From a virus (lineage: Duplodnaviria > Caudoviricetes): 64,000 bases of DNA. Of the stretch, positions 40,554-49,605 are shown one piece after another. The DNA is taken from IMG/VR virus record IMGVR_UViG_3300031993_000033, positions 1 to 64,000 of that record; one strand, written 5' to 3'. The notes under the pieces are model-generated. The model was not told the origin of the DNA. It did not search any database and was given only the letters and a program-made list of their open reading frames with translations. Each line of letters starts with the position of its first letter. The first letter of the stretch is position 1. A program made the position numbers and the translations under genes.

Positions 40554-40730
40554 ATGAATAATACAAAGGTTTATTTCGATGGTCAGTTAGAGTGCGGAGC
40601 GTTTATAAAATCCGCATCCGTAACACTTCCAAACGATTATACAATGAATCAGCTTGTACAGGCAATAAAAAGCCGCGGATTCATTAATTTTAAGACTGAA
40701 TCAATGAAAATATTAGTTGATATCCGCTAA
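40554..40730 (+). CDS. Early hypothetical protein, 58 aa, not in ORF track
   Basis: AAGGAGG RBS, MNNTKVYFDG. Confidence 0.65.
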   Translation: MNNTKVYFDGQLECGAFIKSASVTLPNDYTMNQLVQAIKSRGFINFKTESMKILVDIR

Positions 40731-40824
40731 AAGATAACGGTTTTCTAAAGGGTTTTCCGCAAAAAAGCCCTATTCCACATAGGCAAAAAAACAAATCAAA
40801 TTAATATTTTAAGGAGGCATTATT

Positions 40825-41499
40825 ATGATGTACACTAATATTTTAAAGTCTTTACAGGCTGAAAACACAAACCGCATAAACAACGCTATAAAGGCTATAA
40901 ATGATAATAATATAGCTTTACAGCGTTACGCAACACAGGCAAGATGGAGCGCATACTTCAATCAGAATTTAAGCCGTGAAAAGTGTGTGGAATACACCAC
41001 AAACCGCATAAAAAAGGAAGCTGAAAAGAGCTTAAAAGCTGATATAGCAAGCCTTGAAAAGTACGAAAACGCACCTACAATTGAAGCTATTCAGATTAAT
41101 ATTGATTGGAAGCGTTCAAGTGTATGGGGATATAATCCACACGTTACACTCCGCATATGGTATGAAGGTATATTTGACATTGAAGAATATACAGCAAAAG
41201 CAAGCGGCTGTAATTACGACAAAAGATCACACGCTGTAGCAAGCGCACTGAATCAGTGTGCAGCTATAAAGGCTTTACTTTGTAACATGAAGGAAAAAGA
41301 AATTGAAAACGGCACGGAAATAAAAAAGACTGTAAGCGGGCTTGACATAAATCCGCATTCTTCAGGCTATGGAGCTATACCCTTTGTTGATGGTTGCGGA
41401 ATGTCAGCAATTGAAAATTTACTGGACAAATGCGGCTTTAAACTTACAAAAGAGCACGGCACAAAAACGACTGATTATTATTGGTTTGACCGCAAATAA
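40825..41499 (+). CDS. Early hypothetical protein
   Basis: AAGGAGG RBS, 224 aa. Confidence 0.7.
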   Translation: MMYTNILKSLQAENTNRINNAIKAINDNNIALQRYATQARWSAYFNQNLSREKCVEYTTNRIKKEAEKSLKADIASLEKYENAPTIEAIQINIDWKRSSVWGYNPHVTLRIWYEGIFDIEEYTAKASGCNYDKRSHAVASALNQCAAIKALLCNMKEKEIENGTEIKKTVSGLDINPHSSGYGAIPFVDGCGMSAIENLLDKCGFKLTKEHGTKTTDYYWFDRK

Positions 41500-41507
41500 A
41501 ATTCAAA

Positions 41508-41577
41508 TTTCAATGCAGAGTGACGCGGGATTTTTCCCGCGGTAATGCAGCCGGAGGCGGTCACAAGCCCGCTGAAT
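41508..41577 (+). ncRNA. Twister self-cleaving ribozyme, P5-type permutation
   Basis: UGCAGAGUGA, P1 hairpin CGCGGGA/UCCCGCG, UAAUGCAGCC, P4 GCGG-UCACAAGC-CCGC, T1 UCAC/GUGA, P5 UUCA/UGAA; predicted cut U41543/A41544. Confidence 0.85.
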
Positions 41578-41606
41578 CTGTAAATATATCTTTTGGAGGT
41601 CATACT

Positions 41607-42005
41607 ATGAAAAAGTGTAAAATCAGATTGACGGACAACAGCAAAAAGTTAATTTCTATGCTGGAAATTGATGATGTAAAAGCTATGATTCAGGAATTGC
41701 AGAATCAGGAGCTTGAAACAGATATTTTCAATCTCATTCCCGTTGCTATGGGATGTATTAAAAATTCAACATGGAGCTATTATGACGTAACAATGGAAAT
41801 ATGTAGAAATGCAAGAGTACCATATAATTACTACACGGAAAATAGTGCATACTATGATGTATGGGTAAATTTCAAGGCATTCAATGATTTTGACGGTTTT
41901 TATGTTGTTGGTATTTGCTTATCGGATATTTACAGCATATCAGAGGACAACAAACAGGAAATAAGACAGCATATGTATGTAAGAGAATACACGGAAAATA
42001 AATGA
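41607..42005 (+). CDS. Early hypothetical protein
   Basis: ATG after GGAGG; the longer ORF-track start overlaps the ribozyme. Confidence 0.7.
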   Translation: MKKCKIRLTDNSKKLISMLEIDDVKAMIQELQNQELETDIFNLIPVAMGCIKNSTWSYYDVTMEICRNARVPYNYYTENSAYYDVWVNFKAFNDFDGFYVVGICLSDIYSISEDNKQEIRQHMYVREYTENK

Positions 42006-42022
42006 AATGGAGGTTTAAAGCT

Positions 42023-42265
42023 ATGGCAAGACAGAAAATTACTATGGAAAAGCAAGTGAGAAATACGGTTATATATAACGATATTCTCAAGGCTATAGGT
42101 GGAAAAGCTAATGATACAATATCCATATACATTGACAGGAAATTTTACGCACATTATTCACGCTATTTAGGGAATGATGTATTTGACGATATTGCAGCAC
42201 ATAGCAACAAATCAGTTGATTTGATTGACGATCAGACAGGGGAAATTTTACGGCATAAAGCATAA
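42023..42265 (+). CDS. Early hypothetical protein
   Basis: GGAGG RBS. Confidence 0.65.
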   Translation: MARQKITMEKQVRNTVIYNDILKAIGGKANDTISIYIDRKFYAHYSRYLGNDVFDDIAAHSNKSVDLIDDQTGEILRHKA

Positions 42266-42373
42266 TAAAATCAAAGTTTTAACATTTAGGCGGCTATTTG
42301 AATACGGAAATTTGAATAGCTGTCTATGTGCTAAAACACATAAATCTATTGGAAATTTAAAGGAGGCTATACT

Positions 42374-42718
42374 ATGAAATATCATAAGATACCAAAAATT
42401 GAAAAGTCGGTATGTACCGCGGAGCAGAAAATTGCATATAACTATGCATCCACATATGCGGATAGATACCGCGATACATGGAAAAAGACAGCGGATCAGT
42501 ATTGTGAATTTCAGAAGTCAGAATTTATACATGAAGCTGTTGAATGGTGTATGAAGCTGATGCGGAATAATGCGGAAATTCAGCGGAAATATGACATTGA
42601 CGCTATATTTTGCGCGCTTAATGCTGGAATGCGGAATTACTTTGAAGCTAAATATAGTATACTGTCAAGCTATGAAGAAATAGGAAAAATGTTTCCTGCT
42701 AACTATTTAAATGTATAA
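42374..42718 (+). CDS. Early hypothetical protein
   Basis: AAGGAGG RBS. Confidence 0.7.
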   Translation: MKYHKIPKIEKSVCTAEQKIAYNYASTYADRYRDTWKKTADQYCEFQKSEFIHEAVEWCMKLMRNNAEIQRKYDIDAIFCALNAGMRNYFEAKYSILSSYEEIGKMFPANYLNV

Positions 42719-42731
42719 AGGAGGTTTAATT

Positions 42732-43019
42732 ATGAATAGACGTGAAATGTTAAACTGGATTAAATCAGAAATTTGTCCTAAACTTGACTTGAGTCAAGAG
42801 CTTGACATAAAATGTATACTTGACGTTGTGGGAAAATTCCGCATAAATCAGCACTACAAAACAGATACACCAATGACCGCAGCCGTTAATGAATATGGTC
42901 ATTTGTTTATCAATGGTATTCACGCCGGACAGATCACAAATAAAATACCTTTTGGAAATTTTGACGAGGAAGGTTATTTCTACGAAGGAAAAATATTAGC
43001 AAGATCAGAAGTCGAATAA
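42732..43019 (+). CDS. Early hypothetical protein
   Basis: AAGGAGG RBS. Confidence 0.65.
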   Translation: MNRREMLNWIKSEICPKLDLSQELDIKCILDVVGKFRINQHYKTDTPMTAAVNEYGHLFINGIHAGQITNKIPFGNFDEEGYFYEGKILARSEVE

Positions 43020-43109
43020 ACCTATATACTATGGGCTTGACGGAAATTCAAGCCTATAAATATAAGCTTATTTACCACATAAAACACATATTCTAAAGGA
43101 GGAAAAATT

Positions 43110-43562
43110 ATGAAAACAATGTCAATCTTTTTGGCAATAGCTTTAACGTCAAGTCCTATGCCAGCGGAAAATTATTATTCCTCTACTTCTCCTGAAGTAG
43201 CAACTGAGATTATAGAGCTTGTTATTAATGGAGAATATAGGGAATATTTAGACTTTAATGGTGACGGAAATTTAAACATTGCCGACGTTGTAGGCGTAAG
43301 CAAGCGTTATTCTGATAACTGTAAATACGGCAATGAGATAACATTAACAAGTGATACAGTGTACGATATTGCAACGGAAAATTATAGCGATGAGCTTATT
43401 TACTGGGAGATTGACCGCGTAAACGGAAATTTAACAAGACAGTACGAGCTTGTAGCAAGTGAGATTATGACAGCGGAAATTTACATGGAATTTGAAAACT
43501 ATTCAGAATGTATTACTGTTGAAGTCAATCCCTTTACGGAGACAATAACAGTAATTGATTAA
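43110..43562 (+). CDS. Putative exported protein with dockerin-like Ca-binding repeat
   Basis: Signal-like N-terminus; DFNGDGNLNIADVV motif. Confidence 0.55.
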   Translation: MKTMSIFLAIALTSSPMPAENYYSSTSPEVATEIIELVINGEYREYLDFNGDGNLNIADVVGVSKRYSDNCKYGNEITLTSDTVYDIATENYSDELIYWEIDRVNGNLTRQYELVASEIMTAEIYMEFENYSECITVEVNPFTETITVID

Positions 43563-43574
43563 GGAGGCGTGATT

Positions 43575-43715
43575 ATGTATTGCACATTTAATGGAAAAAT
43601 CTGCTTAATGATGTGGGATATACAAGCGGAAAAATACGTTTATATTCCTGAGTCAGTGTGGTATAGCTTTACAGAAAAAGCAAGATCACGCTATACAGAA
43701 GAACGCACAAATTAA
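43575..43715 (+). CDS. Early hypothetical protein, 46 aa, not in ORF track
   Basis: AAGGAGG RBS. Confidence 0.55.
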   Translation: MYCTFNGKICLMMWDIQAEKYVYIPESVWYSFTEKARSRYTEERTN

Positions 43716-43740
43716 ATGATTATAATATATCGGAAAGTTG

Positions 43741-43769
43741 TTGACAAAGTAACAAATGTGTGGTATACT
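43741..43769 (+). promoter_or_regulatory. Sigma-A promoter
   Basis: TTGACA-17bp-TATACT, TG extension. Confidence 0.75.
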
Positions 43770-43851
43770 ATAATCACAGGGAAAATCCCTGAATAGTTAT
43801 ACCCTAACAAGTAAACAAATGAAAAGTGTATTTTAACAGGAGGTCACGATT

Positions 43852-44337
43852 ATGAAAAGAACGTTTAATTTTGGAAAAATAGCCGCTTATGGTACAAGAA
43901 AAATCAATGCTGTTGATATTACCATTGAATTAACGGAAAAAGATGGTAAAAAGGTATTTTCAGCAAGCGGAAATGTATGGAATGCAAGGCATACAGATAT
44001 TATTAGAGGCGGTCAGTGTTTAGATTATATAGCAACAACAGCAAAAGGGCATAATCCTACATTTAAAAAAATATATAGACTTTGGAAAAATTACCACTTA
44101 AATGATATGCACGCAGGTACAAGAGAACAGGAAAATGCACTTAATGAGGCTGTAAAAGCTGGAAAAATTCAGAGCCGATCAGCAAATAACTATACCGAGT
44201 GTTGTGAATATCTAAAATCAATTGGATTATATGAAGTTGAGTTTAACGGAAAAATGTATAAATATGGTCATGGTTGGCTGTATTGGGAAATTCCTACAGA
44301 GGATATAGCAGCCATTGAAGCGTTAATAAAAGAGTGA
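43852..44337 (+). CDS. Early hypothetical protein
   Basis: AGGAGG RBS; W..YHLNDM.AGT..Q and YKYGHGW motifs. Confidence 0.7.
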   Translation: MKRTFNFGKIAAYGTRKINAVDITIELTEKDGKKVFSASGNVWNARHTDIIRGGQCLDYIATTAKGHNPTFKKIYRLWKNYHLNDMHAGTREQENALNEAVKAGKIQSRSANNYTECCEYLKSIGLYEVEFNGKMYKYGHGWLYWEIPTEDIAAIEALIKE

Positions 44338-44433
44338 TTCTATCATACGGAAAAAGCTTGACGGGTAGCTTACAATACCCGTCACCATAGACAATAAACC
44401 ATAAACCAACGGAAAATTAAGGAGGTCAAAACT

Positions 44434-44721
44434 ATGAATGAACAGGCTATTATTGACAAGGTAAACAAGATCGTTTCGGAAATTCGCAAAGAATATACCG
44501 AGTACAAAGGACAGTATTATTTACTTACTCATGTTATCAATCTTGAATTTCTTATGGGCAAATACTTTGCACTCATGGAAATTTTACTGAATAACATCGG
44601 AGAAAATCCGCTGAATCCTTTTGACAATGCGTATTGCACAGAGTACGAAAAGAATAAGGCTTTTATTGAAGCCGTTACAACACATATTGACGGTATGTAT
44701 AAGAAGCTGAAGGAGGTTTAA
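44434..44721 (+). CDS. Early hypothetical protein
   Basis: AAGGAGG RBS. Confidence 0.65.
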   Translation: MNEQAIIDKVNKIVSEIRKEYTEYKGQYYLLTHVINLEFLMGKYFALMEILLNNIGENPLNPFDNAYCTEYEKNKAFIEAVTTHIDGMYKKLKEV

Positions 44722-44723
44722 TT

Positions 44724-45044
44724 ATGGCAAATCAGATATTTGCAACACTTGACAAGTCGGAAAAATGGCTGGATAAACAGCGTGAAATTGACGGATATTC
44801 AGTTGACGGATTTACAGTTATTCCTTGCTTTAGAGGAAAATCAGTTGAGATCACATTCTTTAGGTTTGTAAAGCCTTTAGGATATGAGAACAAATGCAGC
44901 TATGAGATACCGACGGAAATTCGATCACAGTGCTATATGAAAATCATTAGCAAGTTAAAGAGATGCAGTTTTGTTGACGGAAAAGTTATCATATCAATAA
45001 GCGGTCAGAAATACTGCATAGGAACGTACACAACGGAAATTTAA
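44724..45044 (+). CDS. Early hypothetical protein
   Basis: AAGGAGG RBS. Confidence 0.65.
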   Translation: MANQIFATLDKSEKWLDKQREIDGYSVDGFTVIPCFRGKSVEITFFRFVKPLGYENKCSYEIPTEIRSQCYMKIISKLKRCSFVDGKVIISISGQKYCIGTYTTEI

Positions 45045-45057
45045 GGAGGAAGGAAAA

Positions 45058-45312
45058 ATGAAATACTATGAAATTGAATTTGCTCATAGAGCAGAAATTG
45101 AGGATGAGAGCTTTATCGGTACACCCGATAGATATAGTATCTGTATCTTAGCGGAAAGAGAGCCTTCATATGAAGAAGCGGAAATTTTCTGCAAAGAGGA
45201 TATGAACAATTTAGGTTATGACATGGTAAGTGATGTGTTGGAAATTAGCAAGGAAGAAGCCTACAATTTCTTTGATATGGAAAATGCAGACAACTTTCCG
45301 ATATTCAAGTAA
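45058..45312 (+). CDS. Early acidic hypothetical protein
   Basis: AAGGAGG RBS; strongly Asp/Glu-rich. Confidence 0.65.
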   Translation: MKYYEIEFAHRAEIEDESFIGTPDRYSICILAEREPSYEEAEIFCKEDMNNLGYDMVSDVLEISKEEAYNFFDMENADNFPIFK

Positions 45313-45413
45313 ATAAAATGACTGTTTAAACGTGAGCCGAAGCGGTCAGAAATGACCGTTTCCACATACGCTTAAACGGAAAATCAAAACAGCCGAAAGG
45401 CAAGGAGGTCAAT

Positions 45414-45758
45414 ATGTTAGTATTCAATTTCAATCATACGGAAAAGCAGCTTGAATTAGCTTGCAATGAGTTTTCGGAAATTCAGCTTGTAGCGGACAAT
45501 GAAGTATGCAAGGGCTGGGATATGCGACTCGGACACAGTGAGTTGAATATCACAAAGTATGGAGACTTCTACCGTGTAGGTGACTGCTACAATGGAAAAA
45601 TCCTGAGATCATTCAAGTGTAGTTTTGACGGAAATATGATAACAATTTATTCCGCTAATGACAACGGCAGAGAGCTTAAAGCGGAAAAATATTTAAAGAA
45701 ATATGCACAGTGTGCAATGAGAGTATTTGCTCTTGTACAGTGTGGAAAAATTAATTGA
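45414..45758 (+). CDS. Early hypothetical protein
   Basis: AAGGAGG RBS. Confidence 0.65.
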   Translation: MLVFNFNHTEKQLELACNEFSEIQLVADNEVCKGWDMRLGHSELNITKYGDFYRVGDCYNGKILRSFKCSFDGNMITIYSANDNGRELKAEKYLKKYAQCAMRVFALVQCGKIN

Positions 45759-45770
45759 GGAGGTTTAATC

Positions 45771-45983
45771 ATGTACGAATGCAATATCACTATAAAGCAG
45801 CCAACAGGGAAAGTCTCACAGAATAGAATAATGTCAAGGTTTGAGACAACACCTGAAATGATAGCGAGATCGGAAATGTGCTGGTATAGCACAGGAACAA
45901 TAATTGAAGTCAATGGAAAAGCCTTTAGGAAAATTCATGTTGATGATGCCGTTAAAGGCTATGCAGAGTTAGAGGAGGTTTAA
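45771..45983 (+). CDS. Early hypothetical protein
   Basis: AGGAGG RBS. Confidence 0.65.
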   Translation: MYECNITIKQPTGKVSQNRIMSRFETTPEMIARSEMCWYSTGTIIEVNGKAFRKIHVDDAVKGYAELEEV

Positions 45984-45985
45984 TT

Positions 45986-46360
45986 ATGGGATATGAGAGC
46001 AGAATAATTGTAGCAAAAAGGACTGTGTGGGAAGGATCAGGTCTTGTATGGTTTGAGAAGCTATCGGAAATGTGGTTAAGCAAAGTCGGTTATAACTTCC
46101 CTGAAATCTTCACTACGGAAATTGAATCCAATATCTATGGTGACGGTTTCAAGGAAAATTCAGAAGAAGAATATGAGCTGACCGAGGACAGATACGGAGA
46201 CATCTGCAAGTACACAGACATACAGACGGTCATTGACTGGCTGGAAAATGCAGAAGCAAAAAAGCATTACAGAAGGTTTACTCCTGCTATTGCAATGCTA
46301 AAGGCATATGCAGCGGAGAAATGGGAAGGCGATATAGTGGTGATCCACTATGGATATTAA
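45986..46360 (+). CDS. Early hypothetical protein
   Basis: AGGAGG RBS; MGYES...HYGY. Confidence 0.65.
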   Translation: MGYESRIIVAKRTVWEGSGLVWFEKLSEMWLSKVGYNFPEIFTTEIESNIYGDGFKENSEEEYELTEDRYGDICKYTDIQTVIDWLENAEAKKHYRRFTPAIAMLKAYAAEKWEGDIVVIHYGY

Positions 46361-46366
46361 GGAGGT

Positions 46367-46558
46367 TTGATTATGAACTTAGACGAAGCTATCAAATTAG
46401 TATTAAAAGGTAAAGCTATTAGAGCTAAAGAATGGGAAGAAGGTATGTACTTTAAGATTCGATGGCGTATGTTTGAGACTGAGGGCAGCGTAAGAAGTAA
46501 ACTTTGGAAATGGAAGGATTCAGAGTTTGAAGAAGTGCTGTTTGATTATACCGAATAA
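46367..46558 (+). CDS. DUF2829/Tad2-like small protein
   Basis: MNLDEAIKLVLKGKAIRAKEW resembles the DUF2829 N-terminus. Confidence 0.4.
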   Translation: MIMNLDEAIKLVLKGKAIRAKEWEEGMYFKIRWRMFETEGSVRSKLWKWKDSEFEEVLFDYTE

Positions 46559-46593
46559 AATAACACTTTCATTTAGCAGAGAGGAGTTTTAAT

Positions 46594-46908
46594 ATGCCTT
46601 ACAAATCGGAAAAACAAAAGCTTCCGCCTGAATTAGATCGCAGACGTAAGTTGAATGATGCACAGAAAGACGAGATAAAACATAAATACAGCACTGGACT
46701 TTACAGTCTTAACAGACTTGCTAAAGAGTATAATGTAAGTAAGAAAACAGTATTGCTTATTGTCAATCCTGAAAGCAAACGGAAAAATGATGAACGTATT
46801 AAAGAACATTGGCGTGATTATGTGCCTACAAAAGAAGAACATAATGCCATTATGAGAGAACACAGGGCATACAAACATAGAGTTTTAAAGGAGAAAAATT
46901 ATGTATAA
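46594..46908 (+). CDS. HTH DNA-binding protein
   Basis: KLNDAQKDEI...SLNRLAKEYNVSKKTV helix-turn-helix. Confidence 0.7.
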   Translation: MPYKSEKQKLPPELDRRRKLNDAQKDEIKHKYSTGLYSLNRLAKEYNVSKKTVLLIVNPESKRKNDERIKEHWRDYVPTKEEHNAIMREHRAYKHRVLKEKNYV

Positions 46909-47056
46909 AGCAACAATAACTTATATGACAGGCAGAATGAGAGGTATGACGGTATATCGTCTAACTTCTGATAAATTTGAACGTGGAATGATGTATAACG
47001 ATTCGCTTACAAACAATCGGTTTTATGTTGATTACGTTACAAAGATAGGAGAATGA
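46901..47056 (+). CDS. Hypothetical protein, 51 aa, not in ORF track
   Basis: AAGGAG RBS; fills the gap, coupled at both ends. Confidence 0.55.
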   Translation: MYKATITYMTGRMRGMTVYRLTSDKFERGMMYNDSLTNNRFYVDYVTKIGE

Positions 47057-47838
47057 TTATTATGACAAAGGAAAAATATCTTACACTTATAAACAAGGCT
47101 ATTGAAAATCTGAAAGATAATGATGACAACTACGGACAGACACCGATAGACTTCATGAGGAAAAACGGAGTTAAGTCTACAGATAATATGACAATATTCC
47201 TTGACAGTGTAGGAGCTTACCTTGAGGAAATCAGGTGCGGACTTCTCGCAGACATGGAAGCAGAAGAAGCAAAGAAGAACGGAAAATCAAGCGTGTTATC
47301 TACTATCAAGAAGTTATGCAACGACAATTACAAGACACAACAAAGTGTAAGACCACAACTTGCATATGCGAATTATGACGAAGCGGAAAAGAAGTATATT
47401 ACGGTTAGCGGTTATTGGCTCATTATGTCGGAAAATCCTGCTGGTATGGTGGAGATGCCTGAGAACGTCAAGAAGGATATAAAAGAACCTTTAAAGTATA
47501 GACAGTGGATTCCTAACAAGTATGAGATGCACAAAGTTGAACTGCCGACACGGGCAAAGATCAGCACTTACTTGAAGGCTCGTAAAGCCACAAGGAATAA
47601 GCACGACAAAACATGGGACAGGCTTGTATTTGAGGACTTTGCCGTTAAGGGAGAATGGCTCGAAGCAGCTATGAAGATAACAGGCTCATCGGAAATTTAT
47701 GTCAAGGACAGTATTCACGCTCTGCTTATGGAAGGCAATGGCTACACTATGGTGCTTATGCCCATAAAGAATAAAGAGACAGACAAGAATACTGGCGAGG
47801 AAAAGCATATGCCGATTACAAATTTTGAGGTGGTATAA
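47053..47838 (+). CDS. Hypothetical protein with sliding-clamp-like C-terminal region
   Basis: TVSGYWL...EWLEAAM...VLMPIK resembles beta-clamp domain motifs. Confidence 0.45.
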   Translation: MIIMTKEKYLTLINKAIENLKDNDDNYGQTPIDFMRKNGVKSTDNMTIFLDSVGAYLEEIRCGLLADMEAEEAKKNGKSSVLSTIKKLCNDNYKTQQSVRPQLAYANYDEAEKKYITVSGYWLIMSENPAGMVEMPENVKKDIKEPLKYRQWIPNKYEMHKVELPTRAKISTYLKARKATRNKHDKTWDRLVFEDFAVKGEWLEAAMKITGSSEIYVKDSIHALLMEGNGYTMVLMPIKNKETDKNTGEEKHMPITNFEVV

Positions 47839-47839
47839 T

Positions 47840-48121
47840 ATGAACACTCTTACACTTGCAATTGCACTATCGGAAAAATTATACAAGTCACATATTAAAG
47901 TGCTTAAATACTTTTTGGAAAATCCAATCTTTGAAGGCTCGTACAGAGAGCTTTCAAGTATGCTATACGGCAAACCTAATCTGCAAAGCAACGCTCGGAA
48001 ATTCGTCAATGAGCTTGCGGATATGGGAGTGCTTATGGTGGAAATTAATAATGACTGCCCATCAAGAGATCAGAACAGGACGTATATACAGTTAAATCCG
48101 AATTGGTTACAGGCTTTATGA
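47840..48121 (+). CDS. Winged-helix DNA-binding protein, putative
   Basis: SYRELSSML..SNARKFVNELADMGVL plus wing. Confidence 0.6.
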   Translation: MNTLTLAIALSEKLYKSHIKVLKYFLENPIFEGSYRELSSMLYGKPNLQSNARKFVNELADMGVLMVEINNDCPSRDQNRTYIQLNPNWLQAL

Positions 48122-48127
48122 GGAGGG

Positions 48128-48349
48128 ATGATTATGTCTACACCGGAAACTATAGAAGAAATGAGGCGACGCAGAGAGTATGCTGAAAAAGCAAATGAAA
48201 ATCTGCGCAGGTGTAAGTGTTGTAATGTTTGTCGCAATGCAGAAACTGGCTTTAGTGACGAGGCAATTCCATATTATCAGGTGATATGCAAGATTACAGG
48301 GGAAAATCGCAAGGGACGTTCAGGATTTATGTGTCCGCATTGGAAGTGA
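48128..48349 (+). CDS. Cys-rich hypothetical protein
   Basis: AGGAGG RBS. Confidence 0.6.
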   Translation: MIMSTPETIEEMRRRREYAEKANENLRRCKCCNVCRNAETGFSDEAIPYYQVICKITGENRKGRSGFMCPHWK

Positions 48350-48359
48350 GGAGAAGAAA

Positions 48360-48542
48360 ATGAGAGTTATTATTGATGGAAAAACATATCGCTTAAAAGA
48401 TGGCGTTAAGATACGCTTACAGGGTATTGCATTACTGACACTTGGTATGTTATGCCATAAAGTAAATGCAGACGGAGCAGCGGTATTTATGTGGCTTTTA
48501 GGTGTGACAATGCTGTTTGGAAAAATTGATAGTAAACGCTAA
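48360..48542 (+). CDS. Small membrane protein
   Basis: Two hydrophobic segments, GAGGAG RBS. Confidence 0.55.
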   Translation: MRVIIDGKTYRLKDGVKIRLQGIALLTLGMLCHKVNADGAAVFMWLLGVTMLFGKIDSKR

Positions 48543-48552
48543 CAATTTATTC

Positions 48553-48581
48553 TTGACAATTGGAAATTTGCGTGACATAAT
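48553..48581 (+). promoter_or_regulatory. Sigma-A promoter for recombinase-ParB pair
   Basis: TTGACA-17bp-CATAAT, TG extension. Confidence 0.65.
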
Positions 48582-48596
48582 ATTAGCATAAGGAGG

Positions 48597-49601
48597 TTGA
48601 TGACCATGTTGGGAAATTTAAAAGAAACTTGTAGAGTAATTGACATCTCACAGAGACAACAGTCGGAAAATTCTTTTGACTTTGATTTTGACAGCCTTAT
48701 TCCAGACGTAGAACAACTCACTCCCGAAGAAGAACAGGCGATAGCCGAAGCCGAGTCAAAACTCAAAGAACGTCAGGGCTTTGACTGTATGCCGATTGGA
48801 ATATTGAATGAGCTTCTGAGATATTTTCTTGACAGGCGTGACTTTCGATCTGTATTCTGGATTGTCTTACAGGCAAATACTGGACTGAGATATTCCGATG
48901 TTATCAAATATCGGCGCATTGATTTGTTGAATGAGCATAATAAATTCAGAGAGTCCATTCTTGAACAAGAACGGAAAACTGGTAAGCAGAGAGTCAACTT
49001 TATAAATGATGCTATCAAAATAGCTACACTAATGCTCATATGGGAAAATCCCAGTATAAAGCCTTTAGACTTGATGATTAGCTCTGAATACAATGATAAG
49101 GCTCACAACAAAGGCTATGAAAAAGAAACTTATATCAACGCCAATGGCGAAGAACGTTGTTTGAGAGTGAACGGAAAATACGTTTATAAGCTCGATGAAA
49201 ACGGAAACAAAATTCCGAAGGCTCTTGGTCGCAGTCGCAGTTGTACTATAATGCGCGATGCTATGGTAGAAGGACTTGGTATATGCCTTAAAAATGATGG
49301 TCGCACTAAGAACAATGACGGAGCTTATTTGAAGCTGGCAAGTCATTCCATTAGAAAAGCATACTCCGCTGGTGTTGTAGAGCAGTTTGAAAAGATGTTT
49401 GACAGCAATGAGGCTTACGCACACGCAGCGGCAATGGAACAGTTGCAGTACGATCTTAACCATTCAAGCAGATCTATGACTTATCATTATATAGGCGATT
49501 ATGCCGAGACAAAACGCAAAACAAACATGAATATGAATCTTGGTTTGGAAATTTTGAAGCCATATTTTGAGGCGGAACGAAAAAGATATTTAGAGAGGTG
49601 A
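48597..49601 (+). CDS. Tyrosine recombinase (catalytic-domain type)
   Basis: NTGLRYSD, ERKTGK, SHSIRK, LNHSS..MTYHY. Confidence 0.88.
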   Translation: MMTMLGNLKETCRVIDISQRQQSENSFDFDFDSLIPDVEQLTPEEEQAIAEAESKLKERQGFDCMPIGILNELLRYFLDRRDFRSVFWIVLQANTGLRYSDVIKYRRIDLLNEHNKFRESILEQERKTGKQRVNFINDAIKIATLMLIWENPSIKPLDLMISSEYNDKAHNKGYEKETYINANGEERCLRVNGKYVYKLDENGNKIPKALGRSRSCTIMRDAMVEGLGICLKNDGRTKNNDGAYLKLASHSIRKAYSAGVVEQFEKMFDSNEAYAHAAAMEQLQYDLNHSSRSMTYHYIGDYAETKRKTNMNMNLGLEILKPYFEAERKRYLER

Positions 49602-49605
49602 GAAT

